Below, one piece after another: positions 8,860-18,837 of a DNA stretch of 64,000 nucleotides. This DNA comes from an uncultured Pseudomonadales bacterium. GTDB lineage: Bacteria > Patescibacteriota > Microgenomatia > UBA1400 > Chazhemtobacteraceae. The DNA lies in the NCBI GenBank assembly GCA_964618725.1, contig CAZUBK010000004.1, positions 15,485 through 79,484 of the forward strand. Direction: 5' to 3'. The notes under the pieces were generated by a model. It made no database searches. It was not told the DNA's origin and was given only the letters and a program-made list of their open reading frames with translations. A program made the translations under genes and the position numbers. The number at the start of each line of letters is the position of its first letter. Position 1 is the first letter of the stretch.

Positions 8860-10487
8860 TACCCTCTTTCCGCCACGTACCGGGCAATCTTCACAGCCAC
8901 CGGCCCAGCCTCATAGCTTCCCTCCCCTGCCTCCTCAAGTAGTACCGTTATCAACACGCCCTGCTCGTAATCTGCCAAAGTATACTCCCCACTCTCCGTT
9001 ACCCTTGGCACCACCACCGTGATCCAGGCATGTGGCAGTGTCTTCTCCCCACCGTGCTGAGCCGTCCCCGTCTTACATATCACTGGTGGCGTAAAACCAA
9101 AGAAGGGGAAAGCGGTTCCTCCACTACTACAGGCTGCCTTCATCCCCTGCCAAACAATCTCCCGTGTTTTTTGCCTTATCCCCACCTCCTGACACCTCGT
9201 CTCCTTATCCGGAATGAGCTTCAGAGCACATAGCTTCCCACTCACCACCGCCGAGACCATCCTAGCGATCTGCGCCGGCGAGGTCAACACATCTCCCTGT
9301 CCAATTGCCATGTGATATGTATTACCCAAGAACCATCTCTCTCCTGTCCGCTTCTCTCGCTCCAGTGGCGTCGAAACTAGTCCCGCGGTCTCGGCTGGCC
9401 AAGACAGTCCCGTCTTTTGCCCCAATCCTAGTTTCTTCGACCACTCAACCAATTTATCCACTCCAACCATCTCACCCGTCTTGTAAAAAAAGATATCATT
9501 GCTCCTTCCCAATGCTTTCACTACGTTAATCGCTCCCTCAGTCCGCCCATATTGATCAAAGTACCAACTCCCATACCGGTATATCCCCACCTTTAGTTCA
9601 CCCGTGTCTTCAATTAACATTCCCTCATCTATTTTCCTTTCTTCCAACCCTGCTACCGCTGTCACCAACTTAAATATCGATCCCGGCGGGAAACCTCCTC
9701 CCATGCTTCGATTAAACATCGGTTTATCTTCTAGATCTTCCAATACCTCTACTGGACTTTTGTATCTACCCGCCGACGGCAATCCAGAAAATACATTAGG
9801 GTCAAACGTCGGCCAACTGACCAATCCCACAATCTCCCCCGTTGCCACCTTGTTTACTACGATAGCTCCTCGCACCTTCCCTTTTTCTATTTCATAGTCT
9901 CCCAGAATTCTGCCAATTGTCTTCTGTAACTCCCCATCGATAGTCAAAGTAATAGCTTTCTTGACTGCCCCTTGTTTTTTAGCAACAACTCTTTCTCTCT
10001 CACCCATTGCCGTCACCTCCACCAACTCTTCTCCGTTCTTACCTCTGATCTCCCTATCAAACAATTTCTCAATCCCCATCTTTCCCACTAGATCACCACT
10101 ATCAAAACACAAAAGACACTCTTTAATCTCCTCCTCAGTCACCACTCCCACAAATCCCACCACATGGACGCCCGCCTCTCCCAGCGGATACTCCCTCACA
10201 ACCTTTTCTCCAATCAGACTATTTCTGGCCAAAATACTCCCAAATCTATCAACAATTACTCCCCGCTCCGCGGCAATCCTTCTCACCTCTATCCGATTTC
10301 CTTCAGCCAATACCTGATTTCGTTCTCCCGTAACTACTTGCAGAAAAAAAGCCCGCGATAAAAGCCAAGCAAATATTCCGATCGGCAACACAACCAACCA
10401 ACCCATTCGTCTATTTGTGGTTTTAACCGTCATCTTCTCCCTTATCCAGAGGTTCTCCATCAGTAGACTGAAATCTTTTTTTCTCAT
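8856..10487 (-). CDS. mrdA: penicillin-binding protein 2 (class B transpeptidase)
   Basis: SIFK (SxxK), SND, KTGT motifs, N-terminal TM, next to mreD. Confidence 0.88.
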   Translation of the reverse strand: MRKKDFSLLMENLWIREKMTVKTTNRRMGWLVVLPIGIFAWLLSRAFFLQVVTGERNQVLAEGNRIEVRRIAAERGVIVDRFGSILARNSLIGEKVVREYPLGEAGVHVVGFVGVVTEEEIKECLLCFDSGDLVGKMGIEKLFDREIRGKNGEELVEVTAMGERERVVAKKQGAVKKAITLTIDGELQKTIGRILGDYEIEKGKVRGAIVVNKVATGEIVGLVSWPTFDPNVFSGLPSAGRYKSPVEVLEDLEDKPMFNRSMGGGFPPGSIFKLVTAVAGLEERKIDEGMLIEDTGELKVGIYRYGSWYFDQYGRTEGAINVVKALGRSNDIFFYKTGEMVGVDKLVEWSKKLGLGQKTGLSWPAETAGLVSTPLEREKRTGERWFLGNTYHMAIGQGDVLTSPAQIARMVSAVVSGKLCALKLIPDKETRCQEVGIRQKTREIVWQGMKAACSSGGTAFPFFGFTPPVICKTGTAQHGGEKTLPHAWITVVVPRVTESGEYTLADYEQGVLITVLLEEAGEGSYEAGPVAVKIARYVAERGY

Positions 10488-10493
10488 ACGCCG

Positions 10494-10904
10494 CTATCTT
10501 AGTCTAATATCCCCTCCCAAATTAAGCCGACCTTGGATCCAAAAACTAAATACTGCCACCCCCCATAAAAGCAAGACTCCAATCACATCCCCACCTAGAA
10601 ATGCCTTCTGCCAAACAAGCATGCTTATCAGTAACCACCCCCACTCAAGATATACCAACCCAGTAAACTGACGTCTAATAAACCATAATCCCGCCAAGAA
10701 TACGCTGATTATCACTCCAACACTCCCCACCCACCTCATTGTCAACAAGTCTAACGTCACTCCCATCAAAAATGACCACCACAAAACTGCTACGACTTTT
10801 CTATTTGATACACTCCATACCCAGACCAGCGTCAGCGGTACTGCCATGAAACTGCTTTCCAATAACACTGCTAGTAGTCCTAAAAGCATCCAACTCCACT
10901 TCAT
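10494..10904 (-). CDS. mreD: MreD-like membrane protein
   Basis: Polytopic, G-x-x-LDL motif, directly upstream of PBP2. Confidence 0.65.
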   Translation of the reverse strand: MKWSWMLLGLLAVLLESSFMAVPLTLVWVWSVSNRKVVAVLWWSFLMGVTLDLLTMRWVGSVGVIISVFLAGLWFIRRQFTGLVYLEWGWLLISMLVWQKAFLGGDVIGVLLLWGVAVFSFWIQGRLNLGGDIRLR

Positions 10905-10924
10905 GCACCTATACTAATCCAATC

Positions 10925-11098
10925 TCGAAGATCCTGCTTAGGGTCGAAGATCCTGAGCTTTAGCGAATGGGTCGCAGATCCTGCTTAGGGTCGAAGATCC
11001 TGAGCTTTAGCGAATGGGTCGAAGATCCTGAGCTTTAGCGAATGGGTCGCAGATCCTGAGCTTTAGCGAATGGGTCGCAGATCCTGAGCTTTAGCGAA
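10925..11098. repeat. REP-like tandem array, 7 units of 19 or 28 bp
   Basis: Core TCG(A/C)AGATCCTG plus CTTAGGG or AGCTTTAGCGAATGGG; order S-L-S-L-L-L-L. Confidence 0.95.
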
Positions 11099-11114
11099 GG
11101 AATAGAATATGTCC

Positions 11115-11894
11115 ATGCCATCACGCACCGACAGCTTTCCTTTCCTTCACTTTATCACCATATTTCTTCTCAGTCTTATTCTCATCGGACTCTCGTCACA
11201 GTCCAAACTTAACTTTCTAAGTAACCCTGTCAATTACATCGCTGCCCCTCTCCGCCTTCCCCTTTTTCAACTCCGTTACAAAGTAAACTCTAATTTCAGT
11301 AGCATCAAACAGTTCTCCTATCAAGGTCGGCTCATTAAAGATCTCAAGCGCCAAAACGCCAATCTTCTCGTCGTTGGCCAAAAAGTCAAAGCTCTCGAAG
11401 CGGAAAATCTTGCTCTAAGATCAACTATTAAGTCTCCCCCCACAACCTCTGCCCCTCTACTCCCCGTTAAAATCATCAGTCTCTCCCGTTTCGCCTACAT
11501 CAACCAAGGTAGTAAAGCAGGTATCAAACCTGGCCTTCCCCTTGTTGTCGACAACACCCTGGTCGGTATCGTTACCAATGTCACCAACTACATCAGTCAG
11601 ATCCGTCTTATCACCGACAAAGATACCGACCTTCCTGCTATAACCTCCTCAGCAGTGACTGGGCAAATAAATTACCAAAATACAACTCTTCACCTTACCC
11701 AGGTCTTGCAAAAAGACAGTCTAATCCCCGAAGAACCCATCTTCACTAAAGGCAGCGAATTAATCCCCGCTGGCCTCCTCATCGGCACCATTGCCTCAAT
11801 TGAACCAAACAAGACCAACGTCTACCAGTCCGCTACCATTACTCCTACCATCACCATCCTCGATCAACAAACCGTCTTTGTCATTCTTGATTAA
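11115..11894 (+). CDS. mreC: rod shape-determining protein MreC
   Basis: TM plus coiled coil (LEAENLALR), INQGSKAGI, LVGIV, IPAGLLIG; start 11115 or 11109. Confidence 0.9.
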   Translation: MPSRTDSFPFLHFITIFLLSLILIGLSSQSKLNFLSNPVNYIAAPLRLPLFQLRYKVNSNFSSIKQFSYQGRLIKDLKRQNANLLVVGQKVKALEAENLALRSTIKSPPTTSAPLLPVKIISLSRFAYINQGSKAGIKPGLPLVVDNTLVGIVTNVTNYISQIRLITDKDTDLPAITSSAVTGQINYQNTTLHLTQVLQKDSLIPEEPIFTKGSELIPAGLLIGTIASIEPNKTNVYQSATITPTITILDQQTVFVILD

Positions 11895-11929
11895 AAAGCG
11901 GGGCCATCTGATCGAATGGCCCCGATACA

Positions 11930-12433
11930 TTACTCACTCTCCAACCAAGGCTCCAAAGCTTCCTTCACAATCATTTCAAGGATCTCATCAGAATTGAAAC
12001 CACGCGACATAGCCGCAACAGAGAGTCCTTGCGACTCTTTGGATATCGCCAAACTAAGTATCAGTTGTCTATCCCCCATAAGTACAATCCAATATCGAAT
12101 TGAGTGGTACTGCTCCCAAATCGCCACTAGGAGCGCTTTCCAACTCATGTACTCGGTGTTGCCAATGTCATAGTACCGTTCGGCAAATAGCTGGACCAAT
12201 TCACACGGCGAAGAAATGCCAAAGACGCCAGGACCATATACTCCACTATTCATTCCTGAGTCGATCTGCAAGACGAAGTTGGCGTTATCGGCAAACTTCT
12301 TCCTAAGTACCCGCTCGATCTTGGTTACCATCTCGTATGGAGATAGACTTGCTTTAAGAGTTTGATTGTACAACGTACACCTCCCTAATAATGTCAAAAG
12401 AATCTCATCTATTTTCTCATCTTCGAAACCCAT
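11930..12433 (-). CDS. hypothetical protein inside duplicated mreC 3' ends
   Basis: ~167 aa ORF, hairpin ~11899-11925 downstream. Confidence 0.55.
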   Translation of the reverse strand: MGFEDEKIDEILLTLLGRCTLYNQTLKASLSPYEMVTKIERVLRKKFADNANFVLQIDSGMNSGVYGPGVFGISSPCELVQLFAERYYDIGNTEYMSWKALLVAIWEQYHSIRYWIVLMGDRQLILSLAISKESQGLSVAAMSRGFNSDEILEMIVKEALEPWLESE

Positions 12434-12441
12434 AGTCAACC

Positions 12442-12489
12442 ACCATCACCATTCTCGATCAACAAACCGTCTTTGTCGTTCTGGAATGA
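12442..12489 (+). repeat. diverged duplicate of mreC 3' end (11847-11894)
   Basis: 43/48 nt identical; encodes TITILDQQTVFVVLE* versus TITILDQQTVFVILD*. Confidence 0.9.
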
Positions 12490-14040
12490 TCAAGATTTGT
12501 GTATCCTCGCCGCATCCCAGTCTATCAAGCGTAGCACTGTTGAATAATTCTTATCTACCAAGAATCTCGGATCATACTTGAATTTATCTGCTCTCCAGGG
12601 AATTGTATTCAAATCATAACGAAGCGCCAACATCTCATTAAGGTAATTTGTCTCAATTATCTCAATCACGAAGTTGCCGTCATGGGGATGCACATGATTG
12701 ATATTGTTTCCGTCACTATCCACATTGACTAAAGCTTTAAGTGTCTTTTGTTTCATTTTTTCCAATCGCGATCTCACACGATCAAAAACCAATCGTTCAG
12801 AAAAAGAAAGATCCCGTTCCAGCAAATCAAATTCGCGCAATGAAATACCACAGTAACGCGACACCACCCTCACCTTATCGTCAATTTTTCTCCCCCGTTC
12901 CAAGATCGGCGCAACCGGAATCCCCATCTCAGCCGCCATCCTCCATGCTTTTAAAGCATCTTTTTCTATCGAGTTTATCAAAACAACCGGCTGTTCCTTA
13001 CTCATTTTCATTACATGTAATGTGGAACCGGTTTTCTCAGTCTTTACCGCGAATCTGGACATTTCCAAAACTTTTTGAGTGGAGAAGTTCCAAAAACCGG
13101 AACGGCTAACTATTAGTCCTAAAAACTGCAATTGAGGGTGATCCAGATTCTCTACCACTCCTCTAATCGCATCTCTCGCCCTTTGACTGATCTCTTCAAC
13201 TTTTTCTCCACTGACTCCAACTTGAGTCAACCAATACTCCAGAGTTCTCACCGCCCGTTTTCCCAGATTTTCCCTTGTCTCTTCTGCCATTTTCTTCCAG
13301 CCCAACTCCATCTCTTTCCACCCCCTTGCTCCTAATCTTTTTTCCATCTGTACCACTAATGACCCATTGTCAATCACAAAGTCTCTCGCTCTCTTTGTTT
13401 TTATCTCAACACCGTCAGTTATCTCACCTTCTCGTGAGTCACGAGGCCAGTCCTGCAGTTCCAAATAGTGTTCACAACTCAGCCTCACTGATTCCCACTT
13501 AACAGCTTGCCACCCTTTAATCATTTGAAGAACTTCACCCGCTTGCCCATTTCGAGCACATTCCACCAAAATACGGGGCAGGTCCTTTTCATCAGGTACC
13601 TCTTCACCTTCGTGATTGTCCCGTAACATCCTAACCACATCTGCCGCTCTACCATGTCCAGCACAAAAACGTAAAACAAAGCTCATCCTCAACATATCCG
13701 CCCGATCCATTCCCTTCAGCCTCGACAACACCTTCTCTACGTGACCACCATCAATCAAAACCAGAAAGGTGCTATCAAACCTATTTGTGACCAACTCAGC
13801 ATCACTAACTTCTGACATTTTCTCCGCCATTGCCCCAGTTAATTCCGGAAAATTCTCAAACATCATTTTGTTTGATCCCACCCATTCGGGGAATTTCAAA
13901 CAAGCCCCCTCCGGCTCAATCAACACCTTCTTCAACTCCTCCACAACTTCCTGTCTGACCTTCTTCAGCTCCTCTACCGCCCTTTTATATTCAACTAATT
14001 TCTCTTCTTCACCCGCCCCTATGAAAGATTCCGAATCCAT
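12490..14040 (-). CDS. hypothetical protein with C-terminal kinase-like motifs
   Basis: HVHPHDGNF and LIDWD resemble APH/PK-like catalytic and Mg-binding loops. Confidence 0.7.
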   Translation of the reverse strand: MDSESFIGAGEEEKLVEYKRAVEELKKVRQEVVEELKKVLIEPEGACLKFPEWVGSNKMMFENFPELTGAMAEKMSEVSDAELVTNRFDSTFLVLIDGGHVEKVLSRLKGMDRADMLRMSFVLRFCAGHGRAADVVRMLRDNHEGEEVPDEKDLPRILVECARNGQAGEVLQMIKGWQAVKWESVRLSCEHYLELQDWPRDSREGEITDGVEIKTKRARDFVIDNGSLVVQMEKRLGARGWKEMELGWKKMAEETRENLGKRAVRTLEYWLTQVGVSGEKVEEISQRARDAIRGVVENLDHPQLQFLGLIVSRSGFWNFSTQKVLEMSRFAVKTEKTGSTLHVMKMSKEQPVVLINSIEKDALKAWRMAAEMGIPVAPILERGRKIDDKVRVVSRYCGISLREFDLLERDLSFSERLVFDRVRSRLEKMKQKTLKALVNVDSDGNNINHVHPHDGNFVIEIIETNYLNEMLALRYDLNTIPWRADKFKYDPRFLVDKNYSTVLRLIDWDAARIHKS

Positions 14041-14053
14041 ACTCTCAAATATA

Positions 14054-14629
14054 CTATACCCATTTCAGCCCCAGACTTACTAAGGACAGTCCCAAAGCCG
14101 CCCCCACCCCCACCTGTAACCAAGTATGCTTTTTGCTTATCACTCGACTCCACAAAACCAGCAATAGCACCAACACCAACCACCAGTATTTATCCCAACC
14201 ATAGAAATAGTTAAAAAACGCTACCAGTACCCCATTCACCCCGGCATGAACCGAGATCTTCCAAAACAAAGTCACAAGTCCAAAAATAACCGCCAATGTC
14301 CAAAAAACAAACAGAATCTTAAACAGCGCCTCTCTCCCCAAAAAATAGGCCAACACCACTCCAAACAGGTGACACAGGATAGTAAAGAAATACAAACCCA
14401 ATCTCTCCTGACGCTTGGTTGTGTCCCAATCAGAGATATATCCTTTTTTCAAGTTGTACAAAAAGTACATTGCCGGAAGGATCGCATCTACCATTAACAA
14501 CAAAACCATAAATCTCCACCTAAATCCATTACTCAATACAAACCAAACAGCCGCCGAAAGAAGAAAGGGGATCTCAATTACCGGATCAAAAACTCGTGAG
14601 ACAACCATCGCCAACTTCTTCTGCATCAT
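14054..14629 (-). CDS. PAP2-superfamily membrane protein
   Basis: KISVHAG and WSRV...HT motifs, multi-TM. Confidence 0.75.
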   Translation of the reverse strand: MMQKKLAMVVSRVFDPVIEIPFLLSAAVWFVLSNGFRWRFMVLLLMVDAILPAMYFLYNLKKGYISDWDTTKRQERLGLYFFTILCHLFGVVLAYFLGREALFKILFVFWTLAVIFGLVTLFWKISVHAGVNGVLVAFFNYFYGWDKYWWLVLVLLLVLWSRVISKKHTWLQVGVGAALGLSLVSLGLKWV

Positions 14630-14642
14630 TCCAGTATACAAA

Positions 14643-15707
14643 CTATCTCAACCCTCCCGTTACCTTTACTTTCTTGAGTAGCACTTCATCCTCCAGTACC
14701 TTACTCGCCCCCCTAACCACCGCCTCCATAGGTTTTTCTGTAATCCAAACCGGCATCCCCGTCTCCTCAGAAATCAGCTTGTCTATCCCCCTAAGTAGCG
14801 ACCCTCCCCCCGCCATAATCATTCCCTTCTCCAAGATATCGCTCACCAGCTCCGGCGGCGTCTCCTCAATCACTAAGGCAATCTCGTTTAGAATCTGTCT
14901 TACGACCGGTGCCAATGCCTCCCGTAACTCTACACTGGTGATCTTCTGACTCTTGGGTAAGCCGCTTTCTAAGCTCCTTCCCCTGACCACCGTCGTCAGC
15001 GGCTTCCCCTCTTTCTCACATTTCAACGGATATGCCGACCCAACCGCAATCTTAACCTCTTCCGCCGTCGACTCACCAAGTAGTAAATTGTACTTCAGCC
15101 TAGCAAAGCTAATTACCGCCTCGGTTAGCTCATCCCCCGCTACTCTAAGACTTCTGTTTAATACCAACCCCCCCAAAGAAATGATCCCTATTTCACTTGT
15201 TCCCCCTCCGATATCGACAATCATGTGCCCCGTCGGATCCTCCACCGGCACACCTGCCCCAATTGCCGCCGCCATTGGCTCTTCAATCAAAAAGGCCCTC
15301 CTCGCCCCCGCCGCCAAAGCTGCTTCTTGAACCGCTCTCCTCTCTACCTCCGTCACCCCTGAAGGAATCCCCACCACCACCCGAGGCAAAGATAAGCCCA
15401 GACCAAATCCCCTCTGTAAACGATGTATCTCCTTAATATAATGATGTAACATCGCCTCTGCCGCGTCAAAGTCGGCGATTACTCCATCCCGAAGTGGTCG
15501 TATCACCTCAATATTCTTCGGCGTCTTACCCAACATTTTTTTTGCCTCTGTTCCAATCGCCAAAATCTCCTTACTTTTTACCTGTCTGGCCACCACCGAC
15601 GGCTCTCTCACTACTATGCCTTTTCCTTTGATACTCACTACCGTATTGGCAGTTCCCAAATCAATTCCAATATCATGAGTAAATAGATTCCAAAAACGGC
15701 TAAACAT
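14643..15707 (-). CDS. mreB: rod shape-determining protein MreB
   Basis: DIGIDLGTANT, EEPMAAAIG, DIGGGTSE, GGGSLL. Confidence 0.97.
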   Translation of the reverse strand: MFSRFWNLFTHDIGIDLGTANTVVSIKGKGIVVREPSVVARQVKSKEILAIGTEAKKMLGKTPKNIEVIRPLRDGVIADFDAAEAMLHHYIKEIHRLQRGFGLGLSLPRVVVGIPSGVTEVERRAVQEAALAAGARRAFLIEEPMAAAIGAGVPVEDPTGHMIVDIGGGTSEIGIISLGGLVLNRSLRVAGDELTEAVISFARLKYNLLLGESTAEEVKIAVGSAYPLKCEKEGKPLTTVVRGRSLESGLPKSQKITSVELREALAPVVRQILNEIALVIEETPPELVSDILEKGMIMAGGGSLLRGIDKLISEETGMPVWITEKPMEAVVRGASKVLEDEVLLKKVKVTGGLR

Positions 15708-15789
15708 CACGGCAAGAATACCATACGCACGGCTCCACGGCACTTGCAGAGTGGTATACAATGATAGATATATCAATTAGAAAGAACCC

Positions 15790-15996
15790 ATGAGTTTTCT
15801 CATCGAAAGAGCCGCAGAAATAGGTCTCGGCATAGCCTACGCTGCTACAGCCCCCAAAAAAAAGGAAACGCCTGTTCGTCCACACAACCCCAACTTCAAT
15901 GAAGAAGCCTTCCGTGCCAAGATCACAAGCCGTACTTATCGCCAACGCCACCTAGACAACACTCGCAAGCGCATAGAAAAACTTCGCTCCCGTTAA
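15790..15996 (+). CDS. small basic hypothetical protein
   Basis: 68 aa ORF in intergenic space divergent from mreB. Confidence 0.5.
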   Translation: MSFLIERAAEIGLGIAYAATAPKKKETPVRPHNPNFNEEAFRAKITSRTYRQRHLDNTRKRIEKLRSR

Positions 15997-16090
15997 ACCC
16001 ACCGTACTCATTAACCCATAACCATTGACTTGACTCGGTAGTAATGGTATATTCTCTTTATCGCAAACTAACAACCTGAAAGGACGTATC

Positions 16091-16210
16091 ATGTCCCGTT
16101 TTGTTCTCCTCGCACTCTCTATCCTGTTGGGGGGCATCCTCATTCTTGCCCTTATAGTCGTCCTAGTCCGCGAAAAAGTCTTTTACGGCCGCGGCGTCAA
16201 GGTCCATTGA
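16091..16210 (+). CDS. 39-aa single-TM peptide (MSRFVLLALSILL...), not in ORF track
   Basis: TTGACT-17-TATATT promoter, AAGGA SD, hairpin ~16217-16243 after stop. Confidence 0.55.
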   Translation: MSRFVLLALSILLGGILILALIVVLVREKVFYGRGVKVH

Positions 16211-16262
16211 ACTACTGGGGCTGCGGTTCACCCCGCAGCCCCACTCTCAAAAGGAGAAGAAA

Positions 16263-16517
16263 ATGCTCGCCATCTTACCTTTTTTGATCGCCATCGTCAT
16301 CCTTTTTCTCATCACAATTAGCTACGACGCCATCAAAAGTAGCTTCAATATCGGCTTCCATATCATCGCCTTCGCTTTTTTTGCCCTCGGCATTGCCATC
16401 ATCCTCGGTGAAGCCCTCACCACCGTTAATCTGCTCCGTCAAATCATTTTTGGTATCTGTTTGGGCAGCATCGGCTACTTTGCTGTCTTGCTTCATCAGT
16501 ATCGAATCAAGATCTAA
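16263..16517 (+). CDS. small three-TM membrane protein
   Basis: AAGGAG SD; terminator TAATCCACC-GCAA-GGTGGATTA-T run after stop. Confidence 0.7.
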   Translation: MLAILPFLIAIVILFLITISYDAIKSSFNIGFHIIAFAFFALGIAIILGEALTTVNLLRQIIFGICLGSIGYFAVLLHQYRIKI

Positions 16518-16565
16518 TCCACCGCAAGGTGGATTACTTTTTATACCAAGCTGTAGAATATCCCC

Positions 16566-18797
16566 ATGCATTCTTGGATCCCTCGTATCAACCATCTCCT
16601 CACCAATCTTCTCGCCGCCACCTTTTTTTTCGTTCCTCTTGTTATGTGGCCGGCTACCTCAGAAGTTTTTGAATTCAATAAAATGCTTCTGGTTTATCTA
16701 CTCACCAGTCTCATTGGCACCCTTACCATCACCAAGTGGATTTTTCAAAAACGTCTTGACCTCAAGAGAACCCCTCTCGACCTCCCCATTTTCCTCTTTC
16801 TTCTCGGACAACTTCTCTCCACTATTTTCTCCATCAACCCTCATACCTCTCTCTGGGGCTACTACTCCCGTTTCCATGGTGGCCTTGGTTCCACTGTCGC
16901 CTACGCCATGTTGTATTACGCTCTGGCCAATCATCTTCTGATTGACGATTTAAGGGTACGCCATCAACGATTCTCTACCGTCATCCTCGCCATTCTTGCC
17001 TCTGCCACCTTGGTTTCAGTGTACGGCATCCTCGAACACCTCGGTATCGACAAAAACGTCTGGGTCCAAGATGTCCAAAATCGCGTCTTCTCTACCTTAG
17101 GTCAACCCAACTGGCTCTCTGCGTATCTTACGGCCCTGCTCCCCCTTCCCATCTATCTCGCTCTGAAATCAACCAAAAAAACTAACTTCCTCATATACTC
17201 CCTCCTGGCTATTACCTTCTTCCTCACCACCCTCTTTACTAAAAGCCGTTCCGGCATCGGCACTAGCCTCATCATTCTCCTCTTAATCCTTTTTCATCAA
17301 CTAATAAATCTTACTAAAAGTGCTCAAAAGACCGTCAGTAAGACGACTCTTTTACTTCCCTTTTTGCTTCTTTTTATCATCTTTCTAGTCGGCACGCCTT
17401 GGACCCCCAATCCCAAACAAATTAGCCAAAGATTAAGTTTCGGTGGCCCACTCTGGCCCGAAGTCGAAAGCTATCTCAACCAAGTCCACCTCAGTACAAA
17501 GATAAAACCTCTTGAGGTAAGCCGTCTCTCCATTACTCTCCAGGAATCCCTCAAACTCCAAGAAAGCGGCAAACGCATTGGTGGCTCTGATTCCTTCGAC
17601 ATCCGTCGAGTTGTCTGGCAGGGGGCGATTGATCTGTTTAAGCGCCGCCCCATTCTCGGGACTGGTCTTGAAACCTTTGGCTACTCCTACTACTGGACCC
17701 GTCCTGCTGCTCACAATCTCCTCTCCGAATGGGATTTTCTCTACAACAAGGCCCACAATGAGTATCTTAATTTCTTGGCCACCACCGGCCTACTCGGCTT
17801 CATCAGCTATCTTATCCTCATCATCTTCACCCTAAAAACACTTTTCCTCACCTTCAGAAATACTCAAGCAAATCCCTTCCCTCCTGCCTTCCTCTTCGGT
17901 TTCATCAGTATCCTCATCACTAACTATTTTGGCTTCTCCGTTGTCCCCGTTGCTCTTTTCTTTTTTACCTTGCCCATTCTCTCCCTTGCCAGCACTGAAA
18001 CCATTTTGAAAGAATTTACTTTTAATCTCAAGAGACAACTCACCAAGAAACAACAAAAGAAAAGTAAAATAAAACATCTCCCGCCTCTTTTTGTTACTTT
18101 CCTTATTCTCCTTCTTCTTGGTCAACTCTTCATCTTTAAACGAATCCTTTACCGCTTCCTCGCCGATCTTAACTACAACAAAGGTCGACAGTATTTAAAT
18201 GCCGGATATATTAGCGAAAGCCTCCCTCTCCTCCAAAAAGCCACTCAACTCCATACTCACGAACCAGTCTTTAAATCCTCCCTAGCTGAAGCCTATGCCT
18301 TTGCCGCTCTAGCCACCAACCAACAGCTCAACGCTGCCACTCCTTCGGCTCAAAATGCCGGTCCTAACTCAAAACTTTCACAACAACGCGACCAATATGC
18401 CGCCCTTGCTCTTGAGACCATCGATCAGACTCTCAATCTTAATCCCTGGCATCTCAACTTTCTTAAGTCCAAAGCCAAGATAGAGTTAACTCTCGCTACC
18501 TTTGAACCCCAATTTTATCAACGCTCCATTCACTCTCTTCTAAAAGCCATCTCTCTAGCTCCCACCGATGCCAAGCTCTATTTCAACGTCGCCATTATCT
18601 ACGAAGAAACTGGCCAAAACGACTCCGCACTCGCGGCTTATTACAAATCACTCGAGCTAAAGCCCGACTATCAACAAGCCCGGGTCGAGCTCATCAATCT
18701 CCTCATCAAAGAAAAACGCATTAATGAGGCCAAACAAGAACTCCCCCATCTCCTCAACGACTTCCCTAATCACCCACTCAAGCAAACTCTCAAGTAA
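16566..18797 (+). CDS. O-antigen ligase family protein with TPR repeats
   Basis: STLGQPNW, TKSRSG, R..VW, GTGLETF, AHNEYL; C-terminal TPRs. Confidence 0.88.
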   Translation: MHSWIPRINHLLTNLLAATFFFVPLVMWPATSEVFEFNKMLLVYLLTSLIGTLTITKWIFQKRLDLKRTPLDLPIFLFLLGQLLSTIFSINPHTSLWGYYSRFHGGLGSTVAYAMLYYALANHLLIDDLRVRHQRFSTVILAILASATLVSVYGILEHLGIDKNVWVQDVQNRVFSTLGQPNWLSAYLTALLPLPIYLALKSTKKTNFLIYSLLAITFFLTTLFTKSRSGIGTSLIILLLILFHQLINLTKSAQKTVSKTTLLLPFLLLFIIFLVGTPWTPNPKQISQRLSFGGPLWPEVESYLNQVHLSTKIKPLEVSRLSITLQESLKLQESGKRIGGSDSFDIRRVVWQGAIDLFKRRPILGTGLETFGYSYYWTRPAAHNLLSEWDFLYNKAHNEYLNFLATTGLLGFISYLILIIFTLKTLFLTFRNTQANPFPPAFLFGFISILITNYFGFSVVPVALFFFTLPILSLASTETILKEFTFNLKRQLTKKQQKKSKIKHLPPLFVTFLILLLLGQLFIFKRILYRFLADLNYNKGRQYLNAGYISESLPLLQKATQLHTHEPVFKSSLAEAYAFAALATNQQLNAATPSAQNAGPNSKLSQQRDQYAALALETIDQTLNLNPWHLNFLKSKAKIELTLATFEPQFYQRSIHSLLKAISLAPTDAKLYFNVAIIYEETGQNDSALAAYYKSLELKPDYQQARVELINLLIKEKRINEAKQELPHLLNDFPNHPLKQTLK

Positions 18798-18837
18798 GAC
18801 TTGCTATAGGTTAAGAATTAAGATAAAATTACAGTCA

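Noticed and set aside
10925-11098. CRISPR array
   Set aside because: Units are contiguous with no unique spacers and no cas genes are present
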